From Escherichia coli (GTDB taxonomy: Bacteria; Pseudomonadota; Gammaproteobacteria; Enterobacterales; Enterobacteriaceae), in NCBI RefSeq assembly GCF_003334305.1, contig NZ_QOWS01000026.1: a stretch of 64,000 nt of DNA; one strand, 5' to 3'. Both the position numbers and the translations under genes were made by a program. The notes beneath the pieces were generated by a model that saw nothing but the letters and a program-made list of their open reading frames with translations, was not told the origin of the DNA and made no database searches. Position 1 is the first letter of the stretch, and each line of letters starts with the position of its first letter. Positions 31,053 to 40,442 of this stretch are shown here, piece after piece.

Positions 31053-31143
31053 AAAAAGTGACGGCTGTCAATTTTTTGACGATAAATTACAAATACGATC
31101 AAAAACAGACAAGCAAAGCATGTCATAAATGACAAAAAGTGAC
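31053..31143. promoter_or_regulatory. yihV / yihU divergent control region with repeated AAAAAGTGAC and palindromes
   Basis: AAAAAGTGAC occurs at 31053-31062 and 31134-31143. tgtcat-aa-atgaca is at 31121-31134, and aaaaagtgac-ggct-gtcaattttt is an imperfect palindrome at 31053-31076. Confidence 0.4.
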
Positions 31144-31166
31144 ATCACTGTATTCAGGAGAGGGTT

Positions 31167-32063
31167 ATGGCAGCAATCGCGTTTATCGGTTTAGGACAAA
31201 TGGGTTCGCCAATGGCGAGCAATTTATTGCAGCAAGGGCATCAACTTCGCGTCTTTGATGTGAACGCCGAAGCTGTGCGGCATCTGGTAGACAAAGGTGC
31301 GACTCCCGCCGCCAACCCAGCGCAGGCCGCTAAAGATGCCGAATTTATCATTACCATGTTGCCGAATGGCGATCTGGTGCGCAACGTGTTGTTCGGTGAA
31401 AACGGCGTTTGCGAAGGCTTATCTACCGATGCGCTGGTCATTGATATGTCCACCATCCATCCGCTGCAAACCGATAAATTGATTGCCGATATGCAAGCCA
31501 AAGGCTTCAGCATGATGGATGTTCCGGTAGGCCGTACTTCTGCAAATGCCATTACCGGTACTCTGTTACTGCTGGCTGGCGGCACCGCTGAACAAGTTGA
31601 ACGTGCCACACCGATCCTGATGGCGATGGGCAGTGAGTTGATCAACTCTGGCGGTCCGGGCATGGGGATCCGCGTTAAGCTCATCAACAACTACATGAGC
31701 ATCGCGCTCAATGCGCTTTCGGCAGAAGCCGCCGTTTTGTGCGAAGCCCTGAATCTTCCCTTCGATGTTGCCGTCAAAGTGATGAGCGGTACCGCCGCCG
31801 GTAAAGGTCACTTCACCACTTCCTGGCCAAACAAAGTCCTCAGCGGAGATCTTTCTCCCGCCTTCATGATCGATCTTGCCCATAAGGATCTTGGCATCGC
31901 CCTTGATGTCGCCAACCAGCTGCATGTGCCAATGCCGCTGGGGGCCGCCTCACGGGAGGTTTATAGCCAGGCGCGCGCAGCGGGTCGCGGTCGCCAGGAC
32001 TGGTCCGCCATTCTGGAACAGGTCCGTGTCAGTGCCGGGATGACTGCCAAAGTAAAAATGTAA
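31167..32063 (+). CDS. yihU: 3-sulfolactaldehyde reductase (beta-hydroxyacid dehydrogenase family)
   Basis: 298 aa. [21 protein letters not shown] is a Rossmann GxGxxG motif. Confidence 0.92.
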   Translation: MAAIAFIGLGQMGSPMASNLLQQGHQLRVFDVNAEAVRHLVDKGATPAANPAQAAKDAEFIITMLPNGDLVRNVLFGENGVCEGLSTDALVIDMSTIHPLQTDKLIADMQAKGFSMMDVPVGRTSANAITGTLLLLAGGTAEQVERATPILMAMGSELINSGGPGMGIRVKLINNYMSIALNALSAEAAVLCEALNLPFDVAVKVMSGTAAGKGHFTTSWPNKVLSGDLSPAFMIDLAHKDLGIALDVANQLHVPMPLGAASREVYSQARAAGRGRQDWSAILEQVRVSAGMTAKVKM

Positions 32064-32086
32064 CGACTGGATAAAGGAATAAATGA

Positions 32087-32965
32087 ATGAATAAGTACAC
32101 CATCAACGACATTACGCGCGCATCGGGCGGTTTTGCCATGCTGGCGGTCGATCAGCGCGAAGCCATGCGCATGATGTTTGCCGCGGCTGGGGCACCCGCT
32201 CCGGTAGCCGATAGCGTTTTAACTGATTTCAAAGTTAACGCTGCAAAGGCCCTCTCGCCTTATGCCTCGGCGATTCTGGTAGATCAACAATTCTGCTACC
32301 GCCAGGTGGTTGAGCAAAACGCGATTGCCAAAAGTTGCGCCATGATTGTCGCCGCCGATGAGTTCATTCCTGGCAACGGTATTCCGGTCGATAGCGTGGT
32401 TATTGACCGCAAAATCAATCCGCTACAGATCAAACAAGACGGTGGCAAAGCCTTAAAACTGCTGGTGCTGTGGCGTAGTGATGAAGATGCGCAGCAACGT
32501 CTGGATATGGTGAAAGAGTTCAACGAACTGTGCCACTCACACGGTCTGGTAAGCATCATTGAGCCAGTCGTCCGCCCACCGCGTCGTGGCGATAAATTCG
32601 ATCGCGAACAAGCGATCATCGATGCCGCCAAAGAGCTGGGCGACAGTGGCGCTGACCTCTACAAAGTTGAAATGCCGCTTTATGGCAAAGGTCCGCAACA
32701 AGAGCTTCTCTGTGCTTCACAACGTCTGAATGACCATATCAATATGCCATGGGTGATCCTCTCTTCCGGTGTCGACGAAAAACTGTTCCCGCGTGCCGTA
32801 CGCGTGGCAATGACGGCGGGCGCATCGGGATTCCTGGCAGGCCGTGCAGTCTGGGCATCGGTCGTCGGTTTACCAGACAACGAGCTGATGCTGCGTGACG
32901 TTTGCGCACCGAAATTACAACAACTTGGCGATATCGTCGACGAAATGATGGCTAAACGCCGCTAA
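32087..32965 (+). CDS. yihT: 6-deoxy-6-sulfofructose-1-phosphate aldolase (class I, LacD-like)
   Basis: 292 aa, [31 protein letters not shown]..., with a LacD/tagatose-bisphosphate-aldolase-like N-terminus. Confidence 0.92.
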   Translation: MNKYTINDITRASGGFAMLAVDQREAMRMMFAAAGAPAPVADSVLTDFKVNAAKALSPYASAILVDQQFCYRQVVEQNAIAKSCAMIVAADEFIPGNGIPVDSVVIDRKINPLQIKQDGGKALKLLVLWRSDEDAQQRLDMVKEFNELCHSHGLVSIIEPVVRPPRRGDKFDREQAIIDAAKELGDSGADLYKVEMPLYGKGPQQELLCASQRLNDHINMPWVILSSGVDEKLFPRAVRVAMTAGASGFLAGRAVWASVVGLPDNELMLRDVCAPKLQQLGDIVDEMMAKRR

Positions 32966-32981
32966 GATGAGGATAAAAGGA

Positions 32982-34223
32982 ATGAAATGGTTTAACACCC
33001 TAAGCCACAACCGTTGGCTGGAACAGGAAACCGACCGCATCTTTGATTTTGGTAAAAATTCCGTAGTGCCGACTGGTTTTGGCTGGTTAGGCAATAAAGG
33101 GCAAATCAAAGAAGAGATGGGCACCCATCTGTGGATCACCGCTCGTATGTTGCACGTTTATTCCGTTGCTGCGGCGATGGGTCGACCTGGCGCTTACTCG
33201 TTGGTTGATCACGGTATCAAAGCCATGAACGGCGCACTGCGTGATAAAAAATATGGCGGCTGGTATGCCTGCGTGAATGACGAGGGCGTGGTGGATGCCT
33301 CCAAACAGGGCTATCAACACTTCTTTGCTCTGCTGGGTGCCGCCAGCGCCGTCACAACGGGTCACCCGGAAGCGCGCAAGCTGCTCGATTACACCATTGA
33401 AATTATCGAGAAATATTTCTGGAGCGAAGAAGAGCAGATGTGCCTGGAATCCTGGGACGAAGCCTTCAGCAAAACCGAAGAGTACCGCGGCGGCAATGCC
33501 AATATGCACGCGGTGGAAGCTTTCTTGATTGTTTATGACGTCACTCACGACAAAAAATGGCTGGATCGCGCGATTCGCGTGGCTTCCGTGATTATCCACG
33601 ACGTCGCCAGAAATAATCATTATCGCGTTAACGAACACTTCGATACCCAGTGGAATCCGCTGCCGGATTACAACAAAGATAACCCGGCGCATCGCTTCCG
33701 CGCGTTTGGAGGTACACCAGGCCACTGGATCGAATGGGGCCGTTTAATGCTGCACATCCATGCTGCCCTGGAAGCCCGTTGCGAACAACCACCAGCATGG
33801 CTGCTAGAAGATGCCAAAGGTCTGTTTAACGCCACCGTGCGCGATGCCTGGGCACCCGATGGCGCGGACGGGATTGTTTATACCGTTGACTGGGAAGGAA
33901 AACCGGTGGTCCGCGAACGTGTACGTTGGCCTATCGTCGAAGCAATGGGTACGGCCTACGCGCTCTACACCGTCACTGGCGATCGCCAGTATGAAACCTG
34001 GTATCAAACATGGTGGGAGTACTGCATTAAGTACCTGATGGACTATGAAAATGGTTCCTGGTGGCAGGAGCTGGATGCGGACAATAAGGTCACCACCAAA
34101 GTCTGGGACGGCAAACAGGATATTTATCACCTGCTGCATTGCCTGGTGATCCCGCGTATCCCGTTAGCGCCCGGCATGGCTCCAGCGGTTGCAGCGGGTC
34201 TGCTGGATATTAATGCGAAATAA
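32982..34223 (+). CDS. yihS: Sulfoquinovose isomerase (AGE/N-acylglucosamine-2-epimerase fold)
   Basis: Track ORF 32967..34223. The ATG at 32982 gives [27 protein letters not shown]..., 413 aa. Confidence 0.92.
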   Translation: MKWFNTLSHNRWLEQETDRIFDFGKNSVVPTGFGWLGNKGQIKEEMGTHLWITARMLHVYSVAAAMGRPGAYSLVDHGIKAMNGALRDKKYGGWYACVNDEGVVDASKQGYQHFFALLGAASAVTTGHPEARKLLDYTIEIIEKYFWSEEEQMCLESWDEAFSKTEEYRGGNANMHAVEAFLIVYDVTHDKKWLDRAIRVASVIIHDVARNNHYRVNEHFDTQWNPLPDYNKDNPAHRFRAFGGTPGHWIEWGRLMLHIHAALEARCEQPPAWLLEDAKGLFNATVRDAWAPDGADGIVYTVDWEGKPVVRERVRWPIVEAMGTAYALYTVTGDRQYETWYQTWWEYCIKYLMDYENGSWWQELDADNKVTTKVWDGKQDIYHLLHCLVIPRIPLAPGMAPAVAAGLLDINAK

Positions 34224-34246
34224 CTGATCTGAAAATAGGGTGCGGG

Positions 34247-34292
34247 TTTTCCCCTCACCCTAACCCTCTCCCCAAAGGGGCGAGGGGACCGT
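34247..34292. repeat. boxC-like GC-rich extragenic repeat / hairpin between yihS and yihR
   Basis: tttcccctcaccctaaccctctccccaaaggggcgaggggaccg, with a stem ccctctcccc/ggggcgaggg carrying one mismatch. It resembles the E. coli boxC family (GGGTTAGGGTGAGGGG) as I recall it. Confidence 0.45.
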
Positions 34293-34336
34293 CCGGTGCA
34301 GTTTTTGGGTTTGACATCAGCCTCACGGGAGGCTGT

Positions 34337-35263
34337 ATGTCGTTAATTAAGGTGCCTTGTATGCAAATCACCAATATGCATTGCAGTGGACAGACCGTTT
34401 CACTTGCCGCGGGGGATTATCACGCGACCATTGTGACCGTCGGTGCTGGTCTGGCTGAATTAACCTTTCAGGGTTGTCATTTAGTCATCCCGCACAAACC
34501 CGAAGAGATGCCGCTGGCGCATCTGGGTAAAGTGCTTATTCCGTGGCCGAACCGGATCGCCAACGGCTGTTACCGCTATCAGGGGCAGGAATATCAGTTA
34601 CCCATTAATGAACATAGTTCAAAAGCCGCTATTCACGGGCTGCTTGCCTGGCGAGACTGGCAAATTAGTGAATTAACCGCCACCAGCGTTACCCTGACAG
34701 CTTTTCTGCCGCCCAGTTACGGCTATCCGTTTATGCTGGCTTCACAAGTTGTTTATTCGCTCAACGCACACACGGGTCTTTCCGTTGAGATCGCAAGCCA
34801 GAATATCGGCACTGTCGCAGCGCCTTATGGCGTGGGTATTCATACTTATTTAACCTGCAACTTAACATCTGTTGATGAATATCTGTTCCAGCTTCCGGCA
34901 AACCAGGTTTATGCCGTTGATGAACACGTAAATCCGACAACGCTTCACCACGTTGATGAGCTGGATTTAAATTTCACGCAGGCGAAAACAATAGCCGCGA
35001 CAAAAATCGACCACACCTTTAAAACCGCTAATGATCTGTGGGAAATAACCATTACCCATCCACAACAGGCGCTTTCGGTTAGCCTTTGTTGCGATCAACC
35101 CTGGGTACAAATTTATAGCGGTGAAAAATTACAGCGTCAGGGACTGGCAGTTGAACCTATGAGTTGCCCGCCTAACGCCTTTAATTCAGGTATCGACTTA
35201 TTATTACTGGAACCAGGAAAACCGCACCGCCTGTTTTTTAACATTTACGGACAGAGAAAATAA
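34337..35263 (+). CDS. yihR: Sulfoquinovose mutarotase (aldose-1-epimerase family)
   Basis: 308 aa, MSLIKVPCMQITNMHCSGQTVSLAAGDYHATIVTVGAGLAELTF...IPWPNRI... Confidence 0.9.
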   Translation: MSLIKVPCMQITNMHCSGQTVSLAAGDYHATIVTVGAGLAELTFQGCHLVIPHKPEEMPLAHLGKVLIPWPNRIANGCYRYQGQEYQLPINEHSSKAAIHGLLAWRDWQISELTATSVTLTAFLPPSYGYPFMLASQVVYSLNAHTGLSVEIASQNIGTVAAPYGVGIHTYLTCNLTSVDEYLFQLPANQVYAVDEHVNPTTLHHVDELDLNFTQAKTIAATKIDHTFKTANDLWEITITHPQQALSVSLCCDQPWVQIYSGEKLQRQGLAVEPMSCPPNAFNSGIDLLLLEPGKPHRLFFNIYGQRK

Positions 35264-35461
35264 CTTGTATTGATTAGCAGTCAAAATCATTGAAGAACAT
35301 TTCACTCGCTAAAGGCAACATTATGTATCTTCAATTTATTAAGTTAAAAACAGCTCAGCTTCTGTAAAGTTTTTATATATCAGTTTTATGAGAATCATTT
35401 TACATAAGCCTGTAATAACAGGAAGGCAACAATCTCGTTCTCAACTCTATGGAGATTAGTT

Positions 35462-37498
35462 ATGGATACGCCACGTCCACAGTTATTAGATTTTCAATTT
35501 CATCAGAATAACGACAGTTTTACCCTACATTTTCAACAACGTCTTATTTTAACCCATAGCAAAGATAATCCTTGTTTATGGATTGGCTCAGGTATAGCGG
35601 ATATCGATATGTTCCGCGGTAATTTCAGCATTAAAGATAAACTACAGGAGAAAATTGCGCTTACCGACGCCATCGTCAGCCAGTCACCGGATGGTTGGTT
35701 AATTCATTTCAGCCGTGGTTCTGACATTAGCGCCACGCTGAATATCTCTGCCGACGATCAGGGCCGTTTATTGCTGGAACTACAAAACGACAACCTTAAC
35801 CACAACCGTATCTGGCTGCGCCTTGCCGCTCAACCAGAGGACCATATCTACGGCTGCGGCGAACAGTTTTCCTACTTCGATCTGCGTGGCAAACCGTTCC
35901 CGCTATGGACCAGTGAACAAGGCGTTGGTCGCAACAAACAAACCTATGTCACCTGGCAGGCCGACTGCAAAGAAAATGCGGGCGGCGACTATTACTGGAC
36001 TTTCTTCCCACAGCCTACGTTTGTCAGCACGCAGAAGTATTACTGCCATGTTGATAACAGTTGCTATATGAACTTCGACTTTAGTGCCCCGGAATACCAT
36101 GAACTGGCGCTGTGGGAAGACAAAGCAACGCTGCGTTTTGAATGTGCTGACACATACATTTCCCTGCTGGAAAAATTAACCGCCCTGCTGGGACGCCAGC
36201 CAGAACTGCCCGACTGGATTTATGACGGAGTAACGCTCGGCATTCAGGGCGGGACGGAAGTGTGCCAGAAGAAACTGGACACCATGCGTAACGCGGGCGT
36301 GAAGGTCAACGGCATCTGGGCGCAGGACTGGTCCGGTATTCGTATGACCTCTTTTGGCAAACGCGTGATGTGGAACTGGAAGTGGAACAGCGAAAACTAC
36401 CCGCAACTGGATTCACGCATTAAGCAGTGGAATCAGGAGGGCGTGCAGTTCCTGGCCTATATCAACCCGTATGTTGCCAGCGATAAAGATCTCTGCGAAG
36501 AAGCGGCACAACACGGCTATCTGGCAAAAGATGCCTCTGGCGGTGACTATCTGGTGGAGTTTGGCGAGTTTTACGGCGGCGTTGTCGATCTCACTAATCC
36601 AGAAGCCTACGCCTGGTTCAAGGAAGTGATCAAAAAGAACATGATTGAACTCGGCTGCGGCGGCTGGATGGCTGACTTCGGCGAGTATCTGCCCACCGAC
36701 ACTTACCTGCATAACGGCATCAGCGCCGAAATTATGCATAACGCCTGGCCCGCGCTGTGGGCGAAATGTAACTACGAAGCCCTTGAAGAAACGGGCAAGC
36801 TCGGCGAGATCCTTTTCTTTATGCGCGCCGGTTCTACCGGTAGCCAGAAATACTCCACCATGATGTGGGCGGGCGACCAGAACGTCGACTGGAGTCTCGA
36901 CGATGGCCTGGCGTCGGTTGTCCCGGCGGCGCTGTCGCTGGCAATGACCGGACATGGCCTGCACCACAGCGACATTGGCGGTTACACCACCCTGTTTGAG
37001 ATGAAGCGCAGCAAAGAGCTGCTGCTGCGCTGGTGCGATTTCAGCGCCTTCACGCCGATGATGCGCACCCACGAAGGTAACCGTCCTGGCGACAACTGGC
37101 AGTTTGACGGCGACGCAGAAACTATCGCCCATTTTGCCCGTATGACCTCCGTCTTCACCACCCTGAAACCTTACCTGAAAGAGGCTGTCGCGCTGAATGC
37201 GAAGTCCGGCCTGCCGGTTATGCGCCCGCTGTTCCTGCATTACGAAGACGATGCGCACACTTACACCCTGAAATATCAGTACCTGTTAGGTCGCGACATT
37301 CTGGTCGCTCCGGTGCATGAAGAAGGCCGTAGCGACTGGACGCTCTATCTGCCGGAGGATAACTGGGTCCACGCCTGGACGGGTGAAGCGTTCCGGGGCG
37401 GGGAAGTTACCGTTAATGCGCCCATCGGCAAGCCGCCGGTCTTTTATCGCGCCGATAGCGAATGGGCGGCACTGTTCGCGTCGTTAAAAAGCATCTAA
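35462..37498 (+). CDS. yihQ: Sulfoquinovosidase (glycoside hydrolase family 31)
   Basis: 678 aa. GH31 blocks are present: KVNGIWAQDW, GGWMADFGEYLP and MMWAGDQNVDWS. Confidence 0.93.
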   Translation: MDTPRPQLLDFQFHQNNDSFTLHFQQRLILTHSKDNPCLWIGSGIADIDMFRGNFSIKDKLQEKIALTDAIVSQSPDGWLIHFSRGSDISATLNISADDQGRLLLELQNDNLNHNRIWLRLAAQPEDHIYGCGEQFSYFDLRGKPFPLWTSEQGVGRNKQTYVTWQADCKENAGGDYYWTFFPQPTFVSTQKYYCHVDNSCYMNFDFSAPEYHELALWEDKATLRFECADTYISLLEKLTALLGRQPELPDWIYDGVTLGIQGGTEVCQKKLDTMRNAGVKVNGIWAQDWSGIRMTSFGKRVMWNWKWNSENYPQLDSRIKQWNQEGVQFLAYINPYVASDKDLCEEAAQHGYLAKDASGGDYLVEFGEFYGGVVDLTNPEAYAWFKEVIKKNMIELGCGGWMADFGEYLPTDTYLHNGISAEIMHNAWPALWAKCNYEALEETGKLGEILFFMRAGSTGSQKYSTMMWAGDQNVDWSLDDGLASVVPAALSLAMTGHGLHHSDIGGYTTLFEMKRSKELLLRWCDFSAFTPMMRTHEGNRPGDNWQFDGDAETIAHFARMTSVFTTLKPYLKEAVALNAKSGLPVMRPLFLHYEDDAHTYTLKYQYLLGRDILVAPVHEEGRSDWTLYLPEDNWVHAWTGEAFRGGEVTVNAPIGKPPVFYRADSEWAALFASLKSI

Positions 37499-37543
37499 TC
37501 ACATCCGCCCGTGGGGAAACTCATGGGCAAAGGGAGAACATCG

Positions 37544-38929
37544 ATGAGTCACATCACAACGGAAGATCCAGCAACTTTACGCCTGCCCTTTAAAGAGAAA
37601 CTCTCTTACGGTATTGGCGACCTGGCCTCTAACATCCTGCTGGATATCGGTACGCTTTATCTTTTGAAGTTTTATACCGACGTTCTGGGGCTGCCAGGCA
37701 CCTATGGCGGCATTATCTTTTTGATTTCAAAATTCTTTACTGCGTTTACCGATATGGGTACCGGCATTATGTTGGATTCCCGACGCAAGATCGGTCCAAA
37801 AGGTAAGTTCCGTCCTTTTATTCTGTATGCGTCATTCCCGGTCACCTTACTGGCGATCGCCAACTTTGTCGGCACACCGTTTGATGTCACCGGTAAAACG
37901 GTGATGGCCACTATTCTGTTTATGCTTTACGGACTGTTTTTCAGCATGATGAACTGCTCCTACGGCGCAATGGTTCCCGCTATCACCAAAAACCCCAACG
38001 AACGCGCCTCACTGGCGGCATGGCGTCAGGGCGGCGCTACGCTGGGCCTGCTGCTGTGCACGGTGGGATTCGTGCCAGTGATGAATCTTATCGAGGGTAA
38101 TCAGCAACTTGGCTATATCTTCGCCGCCACGCTGTTTTCACTGTTCGGCCTGCTGTTTATGTGGATCTGCTACTCAGGCGTGAAAGAGCGTTATGTCGAA
38201 ACCCAACCAACCAATCCGGCGCAAAAGCCTGGCCTGTTGCAATCTTTCCGCGCAATTGCCGGTAACCGCCCACTGTTCATTCTGTGTATTGCCAACCTCT
38301 GCACCTTAGGGGCGTTTAACGTCAAGCTCGCCATTCAGGTCTATTACACCCAGTACGTACTTAACGATCCCATCCTGTTGTCGTATATGGGATTTTTCAG
38401 CATGGGCTGTATTTTCATCGGCGTGTTCCTGATGCCTGGCGCAGTCAGACGTTTTGGTAAGAAGAAGGTCTATATCGGCGGCCTGCTGATTTGGGTGCTG
38501 GGCGATCTGCTCAACTATTTCTTCGGCGGCGGCTCGGTCAGCTTTGTGGCGTTCTCCTGCCTGGCGTTCTTCGGCTCAGCGTTTGTTAACAGCCTGAACT
38601 GGGCGCTGGTTTCCGACACCGTCGAGTACGGCGAGTGGCGCACCGGCGTGCGTTCGGAAGGAACGGTCTACACCGGTTTTACCTTCTTTCGCAAAGTGTC
38701 TCAGGCGCTGGCTGGTTTCTTCCCCGGCTGGATGCTGACGCAAATTGGCTATGTGCCGAACGTCGCACAGGCTGACCACACCATTGAAGGGTTACGCCAG
38801 TTGATCTTCATCTACCCAAGCGCACTGGCGGTAGTCACCATTGTGGCGATGGGTTGCTTCTACAGCCTGAACGAGAAGATGTATGTCCGCATTGTGGAAG
38901 AGATAGAAGCCCGTAAACGCACGGCGTAA
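37544..38929 (+). CDS. yihP: GPH-family (glycoside-pentoside-hexuronide) cation symporter YihP
   Basis: Track ORF 37511..38929 has a GTG start. The ATG at 37544 follows agggag. It reads MSHITTEDPATLRLPFKEKLSYGIGDLASN..., 461 aa, 12 TM. Confidence 0.88.
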   Translation: MSHITTEDPATLRLPFKEKLSYGIGDLASNILLDIGTLYLLKFYTDVLGLPGTYGGIIFLISKFFTAFTDMGTGIMLDSRRKIGPKGKFRPFILYASFPVTLLAIANFVGTPFDVTGKTVMATILFMLYGLFFSMMNCSYGAMVPAITKNPNERASLAAWRQGGATLGLLLCTVGFVPVMNLIEGNQQLGYIFAATLFSLFGLLFMWICYSGVKERYVETQPTNPAQKPGLLQSFRAIAGNRPLFILCIANLCTLGAFNVKLAIQVYYTQYVLNDPILLSYMGFFSMGCIFIGVFLMPGAVRRFGKKKVYIGGLLIWVLGDLLNYFFGGGSVSFVAFSCLAFFGSAFVNSLNWALVSDTVEYGEWRTGVRSEGTVYTGFTFFRKVSQALAGFFPGWMLTQIGYVPNVAQADHTIEGLRQLIFIYPSALAVVTIVAMGCFYSLNEKMYVRIVEEIEARKRTA

Positions 38930-38971
38930 TAATAATAAACGACGCCCTGCGGGGCGTTATAAGGAGTGATT

Positions 38972-40375
38972 ATGTCTGACCATAATCCACTGACATTAAA
39001 ACTGAATCTGCGGGAAAAAATCGCCTATGGTATGGGCGACGTCGGTTCGAATTTAATGCTCTGCATCGGTACTCTGTATCTCCTCAAATTTTATACCGAT
39101 GAATTAGGGATGCCTGCTTACTATGGCGGGATTATCTTTCTGGTGGCGAAGTTTTTTACCGCGTTTACCGATATGCTCACCGGATTTTTACTCGACTCGC
39201 GGAAAAATATTGGGCCTAAAGGCAAATTTCGTCCCTTTATTTTATATGCAGCGGTTCCGGCGGCGTTAATTGCAACGCTCCAGTTTATCGCCACCACCTT
39301 TTGTTTGCCGGTTAAAACGACGATTGCCACCGCGCTGTTTATGATGTTTGGACTTTCATACAGTCTGATGAACTGCTCGTATGGTGCGATGATCCCGGCA
39401 ATTACCAAAAACCCGAATGAGCGCGCGCAGCTCGCGGCTTACCGCCAGGGTGGTGCAACCATAGGGCTATTGATTTGTACCGTGGCGTTTATTCCGTTGC
39501 AGTCGCTTTTTTCTGACTCAACCGTCGGTTATGCCTGTGCGGCACTTATGTTCTCCATTGGCGGCTTTATTTTTATGATGCTGTGCTACAGAGGCGTCAA
39601 AGAGCATTATGTGGACACAGCGCCAACCGGACATAAAGCCAGTATTCTCAAATCTTTTTGCGCGATATTTCGTAATCCACCATTGCTGGTTTTATGCATT
39701 GCTAACCTGTGTACTCTGGCGGCATTTAATATCAAACTGGCGATTCAGGTCTATTACACCCAGTATGTGCTGAATGATATTAATTTATTGTCGTGGATGG
39801 GATTCTTCAGTATGGGATGCATCCTCGTCGGCGTATTACTGGTGCCAGTAACTGTAAAATGTTTTGGTAAAAAACAGGTTTATTTAGCTGGCATGGTGCT
39901 ATGGGCGGTGGGTGATATCCTGAATTATTTCTGGGGAAGTAACTCTTTCACTTTCGTCATGTTCTCTTGTGTCGCCTTTTTTGGCACGGCCTTTGTAAAC
40001 AGCCTGAACTGGGCACTGGTACCAGATACCGTAGATTACGGTGAATGGAAAACCGGTATTCGTGCCGAAGGTTCTGTTTATACCGGTTATACCTTCTTTC
40101 GTAAAATTTCTGCCGCACTTGCTGGCTTCTTGCCAGGCATTATGCTGACGCAAATTGGTTATGTTCCCAACATCGCGCAAAGCGATGCGACATTACAGGG
40201 TTTGCGTCAGCTCATTTTTATCTGGCCTTGTGCACTGGCAATTATTGCTGCATTGACGATGGGATTCTTTTACACACTCAATGAAAAACGGTTTGCATTG
40301 ATTATTGAGGAAATCAACCAACGCAAAAATAAAGAGATGGCGACAGAAGAAAAAACGGCTTCCGTAACGTTATAA
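38972..40375 (+). CDS. yihO: GPH-family cation symporter YihO (paralogue of YihP)
   Basis: Track ORF 38966..40375. The ATG at 38972 follows aaggag. It reads MSDHNPLTLKLNLREKIAYGMGDVGSN..., 467 aa. Confidence 0.9.
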   Translation: MSDHNPLTLKLNLREKIAYGMGDVGSNLMLCIGTLYLLKFYTDELGMPAYYGGIIFLVAKFFTAFTDMLTGFLLDSRKNIGPKGKFRPFILYAAVPAALIATLQFIATTFCLPVKTTIATALFMMFGLSYSLMNCSYGAMIPAITKNPNERAQLAAYRQGGATIGLLICTVAFIPLQSLFSDSTVGYACAALMFSIGGFIFMMLCYRGVKEHYVDTAPTGHKASILKSFCAIFRNPPLLVLCIANLCTLAAFNIKLAIQVYYTQYVLNDINLLSWMGFFSMGCILVGVLLVPVTVKCFGKKQVYLAGMVLWAVGDILNYFWGSNSFTFVMFSCVAFFGTAFVNSLNWALVPDTVDYGEWKTGIRAEGSVYTGYTFFRKISAALAGFLPGIMLTQIGYVPNIAQSDATLQGLRQLIFIWPCALAIIAALTMGFFYTLNEKRFALIIEEINQRKNKEMATEEKTASVTL

Positions 40376-40442
40376 ATGTCAATAGCCGCTATTTCCATCC
40401 TGGTGGGTGGCGGCCTCCCTACGTTTAAAAAATGGACTTATT

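Noticed and set aside
36413-37258. 281-aa minus-strand ORF inside yihQ
   Set aside because: It is an antisense shadow ORF of the GH31 gene, with no independent signals.
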